From Eledone cirrhosa (lineage: Eukaryota), in contig OZ024743.1 of assembly GCA_964016885.1 (NCBI GenBank), forward strand, positions 112,592,001-112,656,000: 64,000 nt of DNA. The letters run 5' to 3'. Positions within the stretch are counted from its first letter, which is position 1. Every line of letters begins with the position of its first letter. The notes under the pieces were generated by a model that was not told the origin of the DNA, ran no database searches, and was given only the letters and a program-made list of their open reading frames with translations. The position numbers were made by a program, and so were the translations under genes. Shown piece after piece: positions 30,765 to 43,557 of the stretch.

Positions 30765-33090
30765 GTGAAAAATCCATTTTTTAACGTCAGGACAACAAAA
30801 ACCGGAAAAAGAAAAACTCCAGGAGGAAACATACTCAAAACAACTGTACACGTAGATCCTAAAATAATTAATTTATCCAAAAGATATTTTGACAATGATG
30901 AAATGCAAATTCTGTCAAAAGGACTGAAATTCACACCGACTCCAACAGTCAACCACCAAGAACTGAAGGAGGATACCCAAGAATTCTGTCGAAAATTACG
31001 TCTTGTAGAATTCTTCGCTGATAAAAGTAATGAGAGTGATGAATCACTAGTAAAGAATAAATCAAATCTCACTCCGCCAAAAGGAAGAAATATCTATCTC
31101 GACCAATACATTGACATCCTGTCTAAATTTCCCCTTAGACGTAATACTAATGTTAGGCCAAACATTAACAAATCAGAAATGTCTGCACTTAAACGTATAC
31201 AAAATGATAAAACAATAATAATTAAACAAGCAGATAAAAGGGGTGCAGTTGTTATAATGGATGCTGAATACTACAAGGATTTGGTTGAGGAACAACTGAA
31301 AGACACAACATTCTATCATGAAATACCGTCAAATATAGACCACAACATCATGAAGAAGATCAACAACCTGGCTTCAAAATACCACAACTCACTTACTGAT
31401 AAGGAAAGAGACTACATCACCAATTTTGAGCCAAAGCCCAGCAACCTGTATGGCCTACCAAAAGTTCATAAGTCAAAAGAAATACAACTGGCAGTAAGAG
31501 AACAAAACAGTGAGTACATTAAATTATTACACCCAAAAGACTTAAAACTTAGACCTATTATAGCTGGTCCAACATGCCCCACCCACCGTCTAAGCAATTT
31601 TGTTGACATTATTTTGAAACCACTATGTATTCACATATCCGGTTTCATCCGGGATGATATCGACTTCCTGTCCCATCTTCCCAAAACCACGGAAACGAAT
31701 TCACTTCTACTTAGTTTTGATGTGGTAAGCCTTTACACAAACATTACACATGATTTAGGAATAAAGGCGGTTAAATACTGGGTGGAAAAACAGAGAAGTG
31801 ATTCCCATCAGATTCACAGCGCCATTTATATTAGACGCAGTTAAACTTATTCTGGAAAACAACACTTTCTTCTTCAATGGAAAGAATTACATCCACATTA
31901 GAGGCACAGCGATGGGAACGAAGTTTGCTCCCGTTTACGCGAACTCTGTAATGGGATACTTAGAACAACAACTCTACCATGAAATAGAGGAAAAATATAG
32001 TACTGACTTTAGAAAGTACATTGAAAAATCTTGGAAGAGATACCTTGACGACTGTTTCATCATCTGGACAGAATCTCTAGATACTCTGGATGAGTTCAAT
32101 ATCCTCCTGAATAACCTACACCCATCTCTCCAATTCACAAAAGAGATGAGTAGAACCAAATTACCATTCCTAGATATAATGATAATCAAAAACGACACCC
32201 CCCATTACCACGGATATATATTATAAACACACAGACACCCATCAATATCTGAATTTTAAGTCGTGCCATCCACCTCATACAAAACGCAACATCCCATACT
32301 GCCTAGCCAGAAAAATTTGTACCATTGTAGAAGATACGAATACCAGGTACAAACGCCTAACAGAACTAAGAGAATTTTTGCTCAAACAAAAATACCCATC
32401 TCTACTTATAGAAAATGGCATACAGCGGGCTATAAAAATACCTATACAACAACTTAGGACAACCCAAGGTGGAAGAAACCAAGAACTGGTCATACCATTT
32501 ATAATGACACACAACCCATGTCACCAAAATATATTCAACACTGCCAAAGCAAACCTACCGATCATTGCTCAAAGTAATGAATTAAAAGGTTTAAACACAG
32601 ATCGATCTTTGACTCTTAGTAAAAGACAGCCGAAAAATGTGAAGCAATTACTAACAAAAGCAAAGTTTGACCTTAACAACAAAGACCAATCCTTCACTGT
32701 ATCTAAATGCAATGATAGTCGATGCGGCACATGTCAATCCATACACGCCGGTCAATATATGAAAACAAAAACTGGAAAAATATTCCCAAATGCAAATATG
32801 AACTGCAAAAGCAGAAATCTAATTTACTGCATTAAATGCCCGAATTGTGAAGAACTATATGTCGGTCAAACTGGAAATGCACTATCAGAACGTGCACGGG
32901 TACACCGTTAACAAATCAGAGACCCAAATATCCGTTAGATACCCCTAAGTAACCATCTAGCAACATGTCGTCAGGGAATATTTATAATATTCCCATTCTA
33001 CCAATTACACAGCCCAAGTGAAATCAAGAGAAAAATCAAAGAAAAGAATTTTATTGATAAATTCAAACCCAAGCTAAATGAACAATAATA
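30765..33090 (+). pseudogene. Penelope-type reverse transcriptase and GIY-YIG endonuclease, frameshifts and stops
   Basis: ILSKGLKFTPTP, IKQADKRGAVVIMD, LYGLPKVHK, LRPII, SFDVVSLYTNI, GTAMGTKFAPVYAN, WKRYLDDCF, LPFLDI, NLIYCIKCPNCEELYVGQT. Confidence 0.95.
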
Positions 33091-33470
33091 ATGCTTAGGG
33101 GTATTACTTCTGCTATGACTATGACTACGACCATGTCGACTACGACCACTAACAACAACAACAACAATAATAATAATAATAATAAAAGTGATGTTGATGG
33201 TGATGATTACTAGAAAATGCTATTTTAATCATTTCTAAAAATATCAAAACAATTGATGCTTTGGATAGGATCAATTAGTGGTCGTTAGACATGCTCAACC
33301 AACCGTGACGCCTAAACCAATCAGCTTTAGTAATTCAGTGAAACTACACACCGATTGGTCGAAATACAGTTTGCAAGATTTAGCATTCTGGACCAACTTT
33401 TCACTGTATATAAGGTACAAAATTTATCATTACAGTTGAAAATTGCAAACTTGACTGTCACCACACATTA

Positions 33471-33509
33471 TGAACCTGAAGATTGCGAAAGCATGAAAGT
33501 ACTTGTTCA
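33471..33509 (+). ncRNA. Minimal type-I hammerhead ribozyme in Penelope pLTR
   Basis: tgaac-CTGAAGA-t tgc gaaa gca t-GAAA-gtac-TT-gttca; palindromic stem III AGTACT; same strand as the ORF. Confidence 0.8.
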
Positions 33510-33656
33510 ATTAACACTTAACATTTAATATTCTATCATACTATTTCATTATAATACCATTATAAATGTTAAAGAATTGTAAATAAAACGAGTAAATCAG
33601 ACAAAGTTGGAATTCCTCTTATTAATATAATCTTCTATACACAATCATACACACCC

Positions 33657-33716
<60 letters not shown>

Positions 33717-33721
<5 letters not shown>

Positions 33722-33853
33722 TATACTTTTGCATACACAGAAACAAAATATAAACAAACGTATTTATTTCACGATGCTCAATAAGGATAAATATATATCA
33801 AATATATAAGAACCCTAGAGCAAATCCCGAGCAACGCCGAGCCAATCTGCTAG
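33717..33853 (+). mobile_element. 3' fragment of a non-autonomous Helitron
   Basis: About 130 bp similar to 34440-34569, ending in the CCCGAGCAACGCCGAG hairpin remnant and CTAG. Confidence 0.7.
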
Positions 33854-34147
33854 TCTATATATCTAAAACAGAGAATGTATGTCTGTCTGTCCGCTCACTA
33901 AAACTCGAGAACCACCCAACCGATTGTTTTCAAACTTTACACATGTAATACTTATGGTTACTGTGAGTGTTTTGAGAGAAACAAATTTCAAATTTTCAAT
34001 GCCATAGGGACCGCATTAGGCGATTTAGCGATATGTGTCTATAACTCTTAGTCTTTCTCTTTTTAGATAGATACATGGATATAAAGTCACGCCCTTATAA
34101 TATCTGTCTGTATGTCTAGCTGTCTGCATTACGACATTATGACGTAG

Positions 34148-34211
<64 letters not shown>

Positions 34212-34359
34212 ATAGTGTGTGTTTATATATATATATAGTGCGTAACGTTTTACGAAATATTTACTTTTGCGTTCACAGATTGATTTTTTTTAGTTTCAGA
34301 AGATCCTGTTAAGAGTGAAATCAGCGATTCTTTGCTTAAACTTTAATCTGTTATTTTAA

Positions 34360-34423
<64 letters not shown>

Positions 34424-34569
34424 TATATTCGTGTACAGATATTTTTGCATACACTATAACAAAATATAGACAAACGAATTTATTTCACGAGGCTCGATAA
34501 GGATAATTATATATCAAATATATAAGGACCCTAGAGAAAATCCCGAGCAACGCCGGGCCATATTGCTAG
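33854..34569 (+). mobile_element. Complete non-autonomous Helitron
   Basis: 5' TCTATATATCTAAAA...TGTCTGTCTGTCCG; 3' hairpin CCCGAGCAACGCCGGG (34542-34557), then CTAG followed by T. Confidence 0.8.
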
Positions 34570-34698
34570 TATATATATATTGAAACATTTTTCTTATTCA
34601 AACTTTTCTGAGACTAATAGGGACTTATATCTATGTTTATCTTGTTCATCTGGAACATTCTCACTATATATATGCGCGTGTGTGTGTGTGTGAGCGCG

Positions 34699-34833
<135 letters not shown>

Positions 34834-35134
34834 ATGTGTGTGTGTGTGTGCGTGTGTGTTTGTATGTACGTGTATGATTGTCTATGTGTGTGTCCTTGTC
34901 CATACACATTCGTCTCTTTGCTTAGTGTGAGTTTGTATGTTACACATGCGCATTATGAACGTTGATTCTTTAACATTTGTTGCAATGAAAGGTTACAATA
35001 CGTATTCCATAATTGTTATAGGGTTTCGTTTTTGCCAATGTTGAATTTCGTAGGATTAGCATGTAATCCTTTTGAATACTTCCTATCTCTGCGTATAATA
35101 TAAATGCGTGTTATATATTTGTATCCATTCATCA

Positions 35135-35188
<54 letters not shown>

Positions 35189-35220
35189 TACACTCCCTGG
35201 ATATATATATATATATATAT

Positions 35221-35980
35221 AAACGGAAAAAATGAAACGATATTTCATTTCCCACTCTTAGTACGGCTGTTACTTAAATATAAGTATGTACACGTACATA
35301 CATATATGTATACCGACGTACAGTAGTATGTATATATATATATACATACATGCACACATATATATATGCACGTATGGATTCACCGAACATTTATTATAAT
35401 GCTCGGTGTGTTTGTAAACAAACATCCCGTATTAAGCCGTAGTGTCTAGCAACCACCGTTGCTCGTTTGTTCAACACTGACAAAGGAACGCTGTACTAGT
35501 TTCAAGCTTGTTAGCTATCGTCAGCAACGTATACCTTCCTGCCAGATTGTTGAACGTATATACTTACCTTATGCATATTAACGGCTGAGTAGCCCAATTT
35601 GCATATCGAGTGGGTTAATCGGCCGGGTGCACCGAAAACGATAAACGGAAAAAATGAAACGATATTTCATTTCCCACTCTTAGTAGGGCTGTTACTTAAA
35701 TATAAGTATGTACACGTACATACATATATGTATACCGACGTACAGTAGTATGTATATATATATATACATACATGCACACATATATATATGCACGTATGGA
35801 TTCACCGAACATTTATTATAATGCTCGGTGTGTTTGTAAACAAACATCCCGTATTAAGCCGTAGTGTCTAGCAACCACCGTTGCTCGTTTGTTCAACACT
35901 GACAAAGGAACGCTGTACTAGTTTCAAGCTTGTTAGCTATCGTCAGCAACGTATACCTTCCTGCCAGATTGTTGAACGTC
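35221..35980 (-). mobile_element. HHR element family A, head-to-tail tandem, 422-bp period (1.8 copies)
   Basis: 35221-35558 repeats almost exactly from 35643; HHRs at 35488-35530 and 35910-35952 (-): acgttg-CTGACGA-...-GAAA-ctag-TA-cagcgt. Confidence 0.85.
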
Positions 35981-36058
35981 TAATATACTTAAATATAAGT
36001 ATGTACACGTACATATATATAGAAAGATTTGAATGGATACAGTTTAGTTGAAAGGAAT

Positions 36059-36179
36059 TTATTGACACGTGTTTCTATAACAGTTACATAACCTGAAAAC
36101 AGCTGCTATCTACAAAGTATTAGTTATGCAGACATTCAATATTTCAATGTTATTATTTACTGTCATTTCATCAGAATAA
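36059..36179 (-). ncRNA. Type-I hammerhead ribozyme with large loop II
   Basis: ttatt-CTGATGA-a atgacagt...actgttat a-GAAA-cacgtg-TC-aataa; palindromic stem III ACACGTGT, GUC site. Confidence 0.75.
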
Positions 36180-36730
36180 TATTACTGAGGACCTGTTTGG
36201 TTTTTATAGAGAATATTAGGAGGGAGGGGTGAAGTTGTTAGAAGAATAGTTGAGGGAGTGGTTTTTTGATAGCAGTGAGAATTTTTGGTGACAGTGAGTA
36301 ATTAGATTCCCATCTGTTGTTTTGACGACATTTTTATAGAATATATTATTGGTTATTTTTCTAAATCTATAGAAGGATTAGAGATAGTAAAGATATGCGT
36401 GGTTGGTTTTGTGTTTGCACTTAATTATCATTCAGACTTAAATTTTCTTTCAAGTGTACGTATCCTTTCACCCACGCATTCACACACAAACATATTTGCA
36501 CACCTCTACAAAATACATATACTCACATTCACATAGTAACATGTTCATACTTACATACATATACACATGCATACATATATATATATACACACATGTATTC
36601 ATGTACATACATACGCGTTCTTGTGTATACATTTTTATACTCAACTTATCTTTATATACACACGTATAGACACACACATATATACATACATACTCTAGTC
36701 TATGTGTATATATATACATATACATATATA

Positions 36731-36782
<52 letters not shown>

Positions 36783-37076
36783 CACTTTAATACATGAATA
36801 CACTTACAACATATATATATATTTACTTATTTATATACATTTTCACATATATATACATACTTATGGTCGCTTTTAAACACATTCATTATCGCATTTTTGC
36901 ACCTATTCTCATCCGCATATCTTTCCATTATTAGTGTGGTAATTTGAGGTTATTAATATACATATATATGTTGAGAAGAGATTGTTTTTATATTTTTCTA
37001 ACTAGATTGAGGTTTATATAGTTGGGGGGATGTCCCTCTTTTATGTAATATGAATACAAATACATCTAACTATACA

Positions 37077-37841
37077 CATGAATAATCACAGGAGATAATA
37101 ACCTACCTAGCTATGTGTGCTTACACACTTGTAAAAATTATCTCCCGTGATTATTCATGTTTATTAATATGTTAATCAATTTCTAGTTATTATAAAATGC
37201 TCGGACCTATTCGTTAGAATCTTAGAGCTTATTTTGCGGGTGATATGTCGCATGTCTTTCTGGCATGACACCCATAATTTTGATTATCTTAATTTTGAAT
37301 ATAGATATATAAATACGGCTCCTTAATTGTAGAGCTAACTCTGTTGAAAGGATTTGACTGCTGTTTCTAGTTGTCGATAACCCTATTCACGCCATTGTGA
37401 CGAAGCTAGTATGATATGTGTATTTATAGTAGATACAGCACGTGTTGCTGGCCAGTCGCTGATTTGAACTTGAAGTGTAAACATAGATCGCTGGACTTCT
37501 TCCTTGTTGAAAATCCAAGTACCGGCCTCCATGGTTTACCATTCGATTATTGGTGAAATATATTTTTTTAATGGAATATATACAGGGAAGATTAATCATA
37601 TTATAAGGTATCTATTTTTGAAGTTCTGGTTAACTTTATTTAGTTACCTACCTAGCTATGTGTGCTTACACACTTGTAAAAATTATCTCCTGTGATTATT
37701 CATGTTTATTAATATGTTAATCAATTTCAAGTTATTATAAAATGCTCGCACCTATTCGTTAGAATCTTAGAGCTTATTTTGCGGGTGATATGGCGCAGGT
37801 CTTTCTGGCATGACACCCATAATTTTGATTATCTTAATTTT

Positions 37842-37850
<9 letters not shown>
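37077..37850. repeat. Direct duplication of about 205 bp (about 37100-37305 and 37645-37850) with a short inverted piece at 37077-37098
   Basis: ACCTACCTAGCTATGTGTGCTTACACAC...GATTATCTTAATTTTG occurs twice, each running into AT repeats. Confidence 0.85.
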
Positions 37851-37877
<27 letters not shown>

Positions 37878-37953
37878 TTAGGTTTGTCAGTCGCCCTCTC
37901 TGTCTCTGATTTTTCGGACCAATGGTTTTTACATATTCCTTTGTTATATTTCG

Positions 37954-37996
37954 AATACCTGATGATATCACAGGATTCATATGAAACCCGGTCATT
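37954..37996 (+). ncRNA. Degenerate hammerhead-like motif
   Basis: CTGATGA-17 nt-GAAA-cccgg-TC; both boxes and stem III present, stems I and II poorly paired. Confidence 0.4.
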
Positions 37997-38059
37997 GAAA
38001 TGATCATAGTATAGTAATCCTTTCAAGGATTTATACCAGTCCAGCCTCCTGTTATTTTC

Positions 38060-38104
<45 letters not shown>

Positions 38105-38184
38105 TATATATATATATGTATGTATATGCACTCATTGACACACACACTCTCAAACACACGTACATGTATATATGCATATATGTA

Positions 38185-38327
<143 letters not shown>

Positions 38328-38583
38328 AGTAAACAGAGAAAGAATACACAAAAACGATACAATACTATGAAGATATGTATTGGTATAGTAGACAAATAAT
38401 CTTTACATTTCAACGTTCTTCCTTCATCAGAAAATAAAATGAGAAATAGAGAGAAACAGAAATCTGTTTATTAAACCATTCTGCGGGAAATATATATGTA
38501 TTGAGAGAGAGTGTGTGAGAGAGAGCATGTGAGAAAGAAAGATATATATGTACATATATGTACCTATATGAATATATGTACAT

Positions 38584-38618
<35 letters not shown>

Positions 38619-38619
<1 letters not shown>

Positions 38620-38884
38620 GGCTTAGTGGTTAAAGCATTGGTTGGGCTTGCAATCGAAAGGTTGTGAGTTCAATTCTCGGACCGCGTGATGTGTGTTTCC
38701 TTGAGCAAGACACTTTATTCCACGTTGCTCCAGTTTACTCAGCTGTAGAAATGAGTACCGGTCTGCCCCCCCCCCCCCCCCCCCCAGCCAGTAGGATGGC
38801 GTTATCTTATGGCTAAAACAGCATGAGGTGCTGACCAGCGGCGCCGATTGGCACCCGACAGACTGGTCGGTCAAGGTTATCAAG

Positions 38885-38885
<1 letters not shown>
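38619..38885 (+). mobile_element. tRNA-derived SINE with CORE-like domain
   Basis: TGGCTTAGTGGTTAA (A box), GAGTTCAATTC (B box), CCTTGAGCAAGACACTT...TTGCTCCAGTTTACTCAGCTG. Confidence 0.75.
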
Positions 38886-38923
<38 letters not shown>

Positions 38924-38926
<3 letters not shown>

Positions 38927-39086
38927 ATTACAGCAGTGACATAAACCGGTACTCAATTTTCATTGGGTTCTGGGCCCGACCTCATTCAGCCTGTCATGTT
39001 TTTATTTTGCTCATGACAGACTGAATGGGTTGGGGCCCAGAACCCAACGAAACTTGAGTACCTGTTTATGTCACTCTTGTAATTAT
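38924..39086. repeat. Hairpin (about 75-bp arms) next to (TA)n, each arm hammerhead-like
   Basis: 38924-38998 is the imperfect reverse complement of 39012-39086; consensus acagg-CTGAATGA-g gttggg...cccaac-GAAA-cttgag-TA-cctgt. Confidence 0.75.
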
Positions 39087-39127
39087 TTATATTAAACTCG
39101 TTCTATGGACTGAGTGTTCTTACTTCA

Positions 39128-39233
<106 letters not shown>

Positions 39234-39275
39234 ACGAAACATAAGTCAATTAGATGAACTCATAATCCTTTATTT

Positions 39276-39325
39276 ACTGCAATATATATTTCGATGATAG
39301 CCATTGAATGACCTCATCGGGCAGT
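39276..39325 (-). ncRNA. Minimal hammerhead motif, C4 variant
   Basis: actgc-CCGATGA-21 nt-GAAA-tatata-TT-gcagt; perfect 5-bp stem I, palindromic stem III, imperfect stem II. Confidence 0.6.
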
Positions 39326-40206
39326 TAGTCAGTTCTTAGATATGCCAGCTCTGTGTTTATAGTGGTGATGGTATCAGAGCCTTGGGGCATATGAGCTTGT
39401 TAGAAATAATTTAATGTTCTCAGCAGGAATAGTATTAATTCTCATTGGTCAGTTTGTAGATGCTAGTAGGGTTGGTATTTGACCTCAAAGGGGCAGGTGG
39501 TGTTGTAAAGTTCAAACCGTCAGGCAAGATGACAATAGTTCCATATGACTGATTTTCACAAAAAGCATTCCTGGTCAGATATATTTTGAATTAAGGTTAA
39601 TAGTATGAAATAGATACTACAGGTCATTCTTAAATTGAGTAATTTATGTGGAGTGGTGCTACTGAAATTTATGGTTAGAGTAGAACATTTACAAATAAAA
39701 AGACCTATGTAGGTTGGCTTGCACGTACACTCACACCCACCTGCACAGACACACACACACATCCACACATACAAAATGTGGGGTGGTAATACTTAAAATA
39801 ATGGTTAGAGTCCAATACTTAGATAGTTTAGAAAATTTAGAAATAAAAGGTTTATGCTGGTTGACTTGTACATACACTCACACCTACCCCCTCAGACACA
39901 CAAACATCTACACACACAAACCCATACAGGTGTGTATATATATATGTATGTATGTATGTACGCACAAGTATATATATATATATATTAAATATATATATAT
40001 ACACAGAACATACATATATATAAAATATATATATATACATAAAATATATACATATATAAAATATATACACACATAAAACATACATACATACATATATATA
40101 TATAAAATACACATACATATATATATATAAAATATATACATATATATACATACATATATATAACATACACATATATACACATATAAAATATATATATATA
40201 TACACA

Positions 40207-40253
<47 letters not shown>

Positions 40254-40599
40254 CAGGTTCAATAAAACGTGGTTTTGATGACTCCTAACCAGTAGAGGCT
40301 CCGGTGGACCATCCACCATAGGGACCACAAATTATGGGTGGTTGTTGTTGTCCATTGGTCATTGGTACGGGGTGTAGGGGACCTACAGGGGGGGGGGGAC
40401 CGTAACCGGGGTTTATCCATATAGCTTGAGGAAAGTTCCCGTCCTTAGGTGTCTGCAGGCACCGAATAAGTCGGCCCTTCTGTTTAATAGCTTGTTCCGA
40501 CATATATTCTTTATATTTTATATAGAACCATACAACAGAACCATACAACTATTTCTGTACACTGGGTAGTGAAGACCTGTTTGTCATGAGTGAGGGCTT

Positions 40600-42430
40600 G
40601 TTATGAGTGGCGGAAGCAAGTGAAACCCTGGTGCCGAGGAAAAGAACAAAAGGAAGCACGTCAGCTCTGCAAACCCAAAAGTGTGTGCAGCCAGAGAACA
40701 CCTGAAAGCTGCCAAGGACCAATTCTATGCTGATCCTACGGAGGAGAGGGTGGAGACTGTGGAGGTGATGAGGGAAGAACTCTGTACCGCTTATACTGAG
40801 GCCAGAGTGGAGGCACTGATAGAGAAGATCAGAAGCGTGGAGTGAGCGGTTGACAGATCTGGATGTAAGGGGAGTTGGATGATCATCAGCGAGATCACAG
40901 GGAGGAAGAGGTGTTCGAGTCAGAACCAGGGAACGGGGCCCGAGGATAAGAAGAGGAAATGGCTAGACCATTTTTGGACCCTACTAGGAGAGCCACCCGC
41001 CACAGCCCAGACACTGGGAAAATTAGGCGGTTGTTTGAGGAACTGGATATTGAGACAGAGCCCTTCACCAGAGAGGAGCTTCAGAGAGCTAAGAAGAGAA
41101 TCAAGGAGGGCAAGGCTCATGGAGAAGATGGAGTGGCATCAGAGGTGATGAAGAGGTGTGATTTTGATGATATCATCCTGGGGTTCTTTAACCGGGCACT
41201 GGAGAAAGGAGTTGCCCCGAATCAGTGGAGGATCAGTAACATCGTTTCAGTGCCAAAGAAGGGAGATATCTCTAACACCAACAACTTCAGGGGGATCTCA
41301 CTGACGTCACTTGTGGCAAAGACCCTCAACAGGATGATTCTTAACAGAATCCAGCCTGATATGGAGAAGAAGCTCAAGGACAACCAGAACGGCTTCAGAG
41401 AGGGAAGATCAACCACCATCCTGATGCTGAGGAGGATATTAGAGGGAGCTAGAGCAAAGTGCCTTCCTGCGGTCATGGTTTTCATTGGTTTTCATTGACT
41501 TTAGGAAGGCCTTTGATTCTGTGCACCGTCACTGCCTGATGAAGATCTTACAGGCTTATGGAATTCGCAAGAAGATAGTGGACCTGATATCACTGCTCTA
41601 CACCAACACCAAAGCCCAAGTCATTAAACCTGATGGGATGACAGAGTTCTTTGAGATACTGGCTGGAGTGCTCCAGGGAGATACATTGACTCCCTACCTT
41701 TTTATCATAGTGGACTATTGTATGCGCCTTGCACTGGAGAAACACCAGGACTCTGGCTTTACTGTAGCACCGGCTCAGAGCAGGAGAGTTAAGGCGAAAA
41801 AGGTATCAGATGCTGAATTTGCCGACGACATAGTTTTGGTGACAAATACAGTGAAGGAGACAGAGGATTTGATGCGGGAGGTTGAGACTGTGTCGATGAG
41901 TGTGGGGCTGAGAATGAATGAGACTAAAACAAAATATCTGGTAGAGAATGTTGAGAAGTCAGAGGGGATCACTAATGTAGGCGGGAAGCCGCTAGAATTG
42001 GTTGACGGCTTCCTGTATTTGGGAGCAAAGATTGGGAATACGGAAGATGATGTGGTTGAGAGGAAGAGCAAAGCCTGGGCAGCGTGCCCCAGCTTGAGAT
42101 CGGTGTGGAAGTCGGAACTTCGTAAAGACCTGAATATCCGCCTCTTCGTTGTTTTAGTGGAGTCTGTGCTGCTGTACGGGTCTGAGACGTGGACACTGAC
42201 CAAGAAACTCACTCAAATGGTGGATGGGTGCTACACGAGAATGCTGAGGATGGCTCTGAACATTAATCAGTATACACTGAGGATGAAAACTCAGAGCTGT
42301 ATGGGAGCCTCCCAAAAGTCAGCTCAAAAGTGTCACAGAGGAGACTGAGGTTAGCTGGACGTGCTCACCGACATCCAGAGTTGACATTGCACTCAGTGCT
42401 CTTTTGGGAGCCTCTACATGGACACACAAG
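40600..42430 (+). pseudogene. RTE-clade LINE reverse transcriptase fragment, frameshifted
   Basis: VPKKGD..NFRGISL, QNGFREGRST, FIDFRKAFDSV, GVLQGDTLTPYLF, EFADDIVL, FLYLG, VESVLLYGSETWTL. Confidence 0.9.
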
Positions 42431-42583
42431 GTAGTTCATTAAATCTTAACCATTTAATATCTCAGGGTATGTCATGTATCATTATATTTTGTCTGATGTG
42501 GACGTACTGTTCTACCTCCGAAATATGTATAATAAAATTTAATTGATCAAAAGAACATCTATTTTATTAATATTTGTATTTTA

Positions 42584-42623
<40 letters not shown>

Positions 42624-42714
42624 CGAAGGAGGTGTGGTAGGGAACCAGATGGACCATAACGCACCAGAGTGTTCAATAGTTAGGGTAGTAGAGTGGGTAA
42701 TAGTAAAATGTTTA

Positions 42715-42810
42715 ACCACGACGACAGAGCTCAGGCCGTTTCGACGGCTATTTCTGGACTAAATTAGAATTTTTAGCGTGGTAATAAATAGCTGAACTTT
42801 TCAAGGGGTA
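42715..42810 (-). ncRNA. Type-I hammerhead with U3-A8 core, family B (inverted copy 43853-43948, +)
   Basis: tacccc-TTGAAAA-gttcagctattt...aaatagccgtc-GAAA-cggc ctgagctct gtcg-TC-gtggt; other copies restore stem I as ggggt. Confidence 0.7.
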
Positions 42811-42880
42811 ATTCCTTATATGGGAAGGTTGTAGTTGTCAAAAGGATTGGTCAAAATTTCTTGTAAACACAATTAAATCT

Positions 42881-43557
42881 AGCCTGCGCATCGGCCTTTC
42901 CCTGAGGCTCGGCCGCCGGATCTGCCAGCCACACCAATGTCGCTGCGGTTCCACCGTGGGCTCTTTCGGCCTCCACCCGCTTTCCTGTCGCCACAGTGCC
43001 GGCCGCATTCCGCGCGCCATGCTACCCTCTACGAGGTCATTAAGCGTGGCTCGGACGCTGCGGGCTTCCCTTCCCAGCTCGAGCCGGTGGGGCTGGATCG
43101 AGGGGACGGCAAAAGGCCAGATGGCATGACCATCTTCCCGTTCCGCGGTGGCAAACCCCTCGTCTGGGATGCCACTTGCAGCGACACTTTCTGCAGTCGC
43201 AACCTGGTGCAGTCTGCGAATGACCCAGGTTCTGCTGCATATCGGGCTGAGGGCGCCAAACTCCTCAAACACCGGTCGCGCTCCGACAGTTTTCGGTCGT
43301 ACCCCTGGCAGTGGAGACTTCTGGTGTCCTCGGCCCCAGGGCTACCTCCTTACTCACCACCATAGGCGATGAGCTGGCGAGCTGTAGGTGTGAGCCCCGC
43401 GAGTTGGAGTGGCTCTTCCAGTGCGTCTCCCTCGCCGTGCTCCTGGGAAACCCCTCTCCATTATGTCCGCCGGGGCTGTGGGTTGTAGTTGTTGTAGAAG
43501 AAACGGGAGCTAAATTGTATAGTGATATTAATGTTAGTTTGCCAACAGTTAGTATTT
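42881..43557 (+). mobile_element. 5'-truncated CRE-clade non-LTR retrotransposon (zinc finger and restriction-like endonuclease), 12-bp target duplication
   Basis: [61 protein letters not shown]; ACAATTAAATCT at 42869-42880 and 43558-43569. Confidence 0.85.

Larger units (their letters stand above)
30365..33640 (+). mobile_element. Near-complete Penelope-like retroelement (RT, GIY-YIG, 3' pLTR with HHR)
   Basis: Coding remnants up to about 33090, then non-coding tail with an HHR, ending before (TA)n. Confidence 0.9.

Noticed and set aside
35582-35650. Possible second, opposite-strand hammerhead in family A (CTGAGTA...CGAAAACGATA), which would suggest a viroid-like ambisense RNA
   Set aside because: Position 8 is T here and C in the 11.9 kb copy, so C3-G8 cannot form, and stems I and III do not pair
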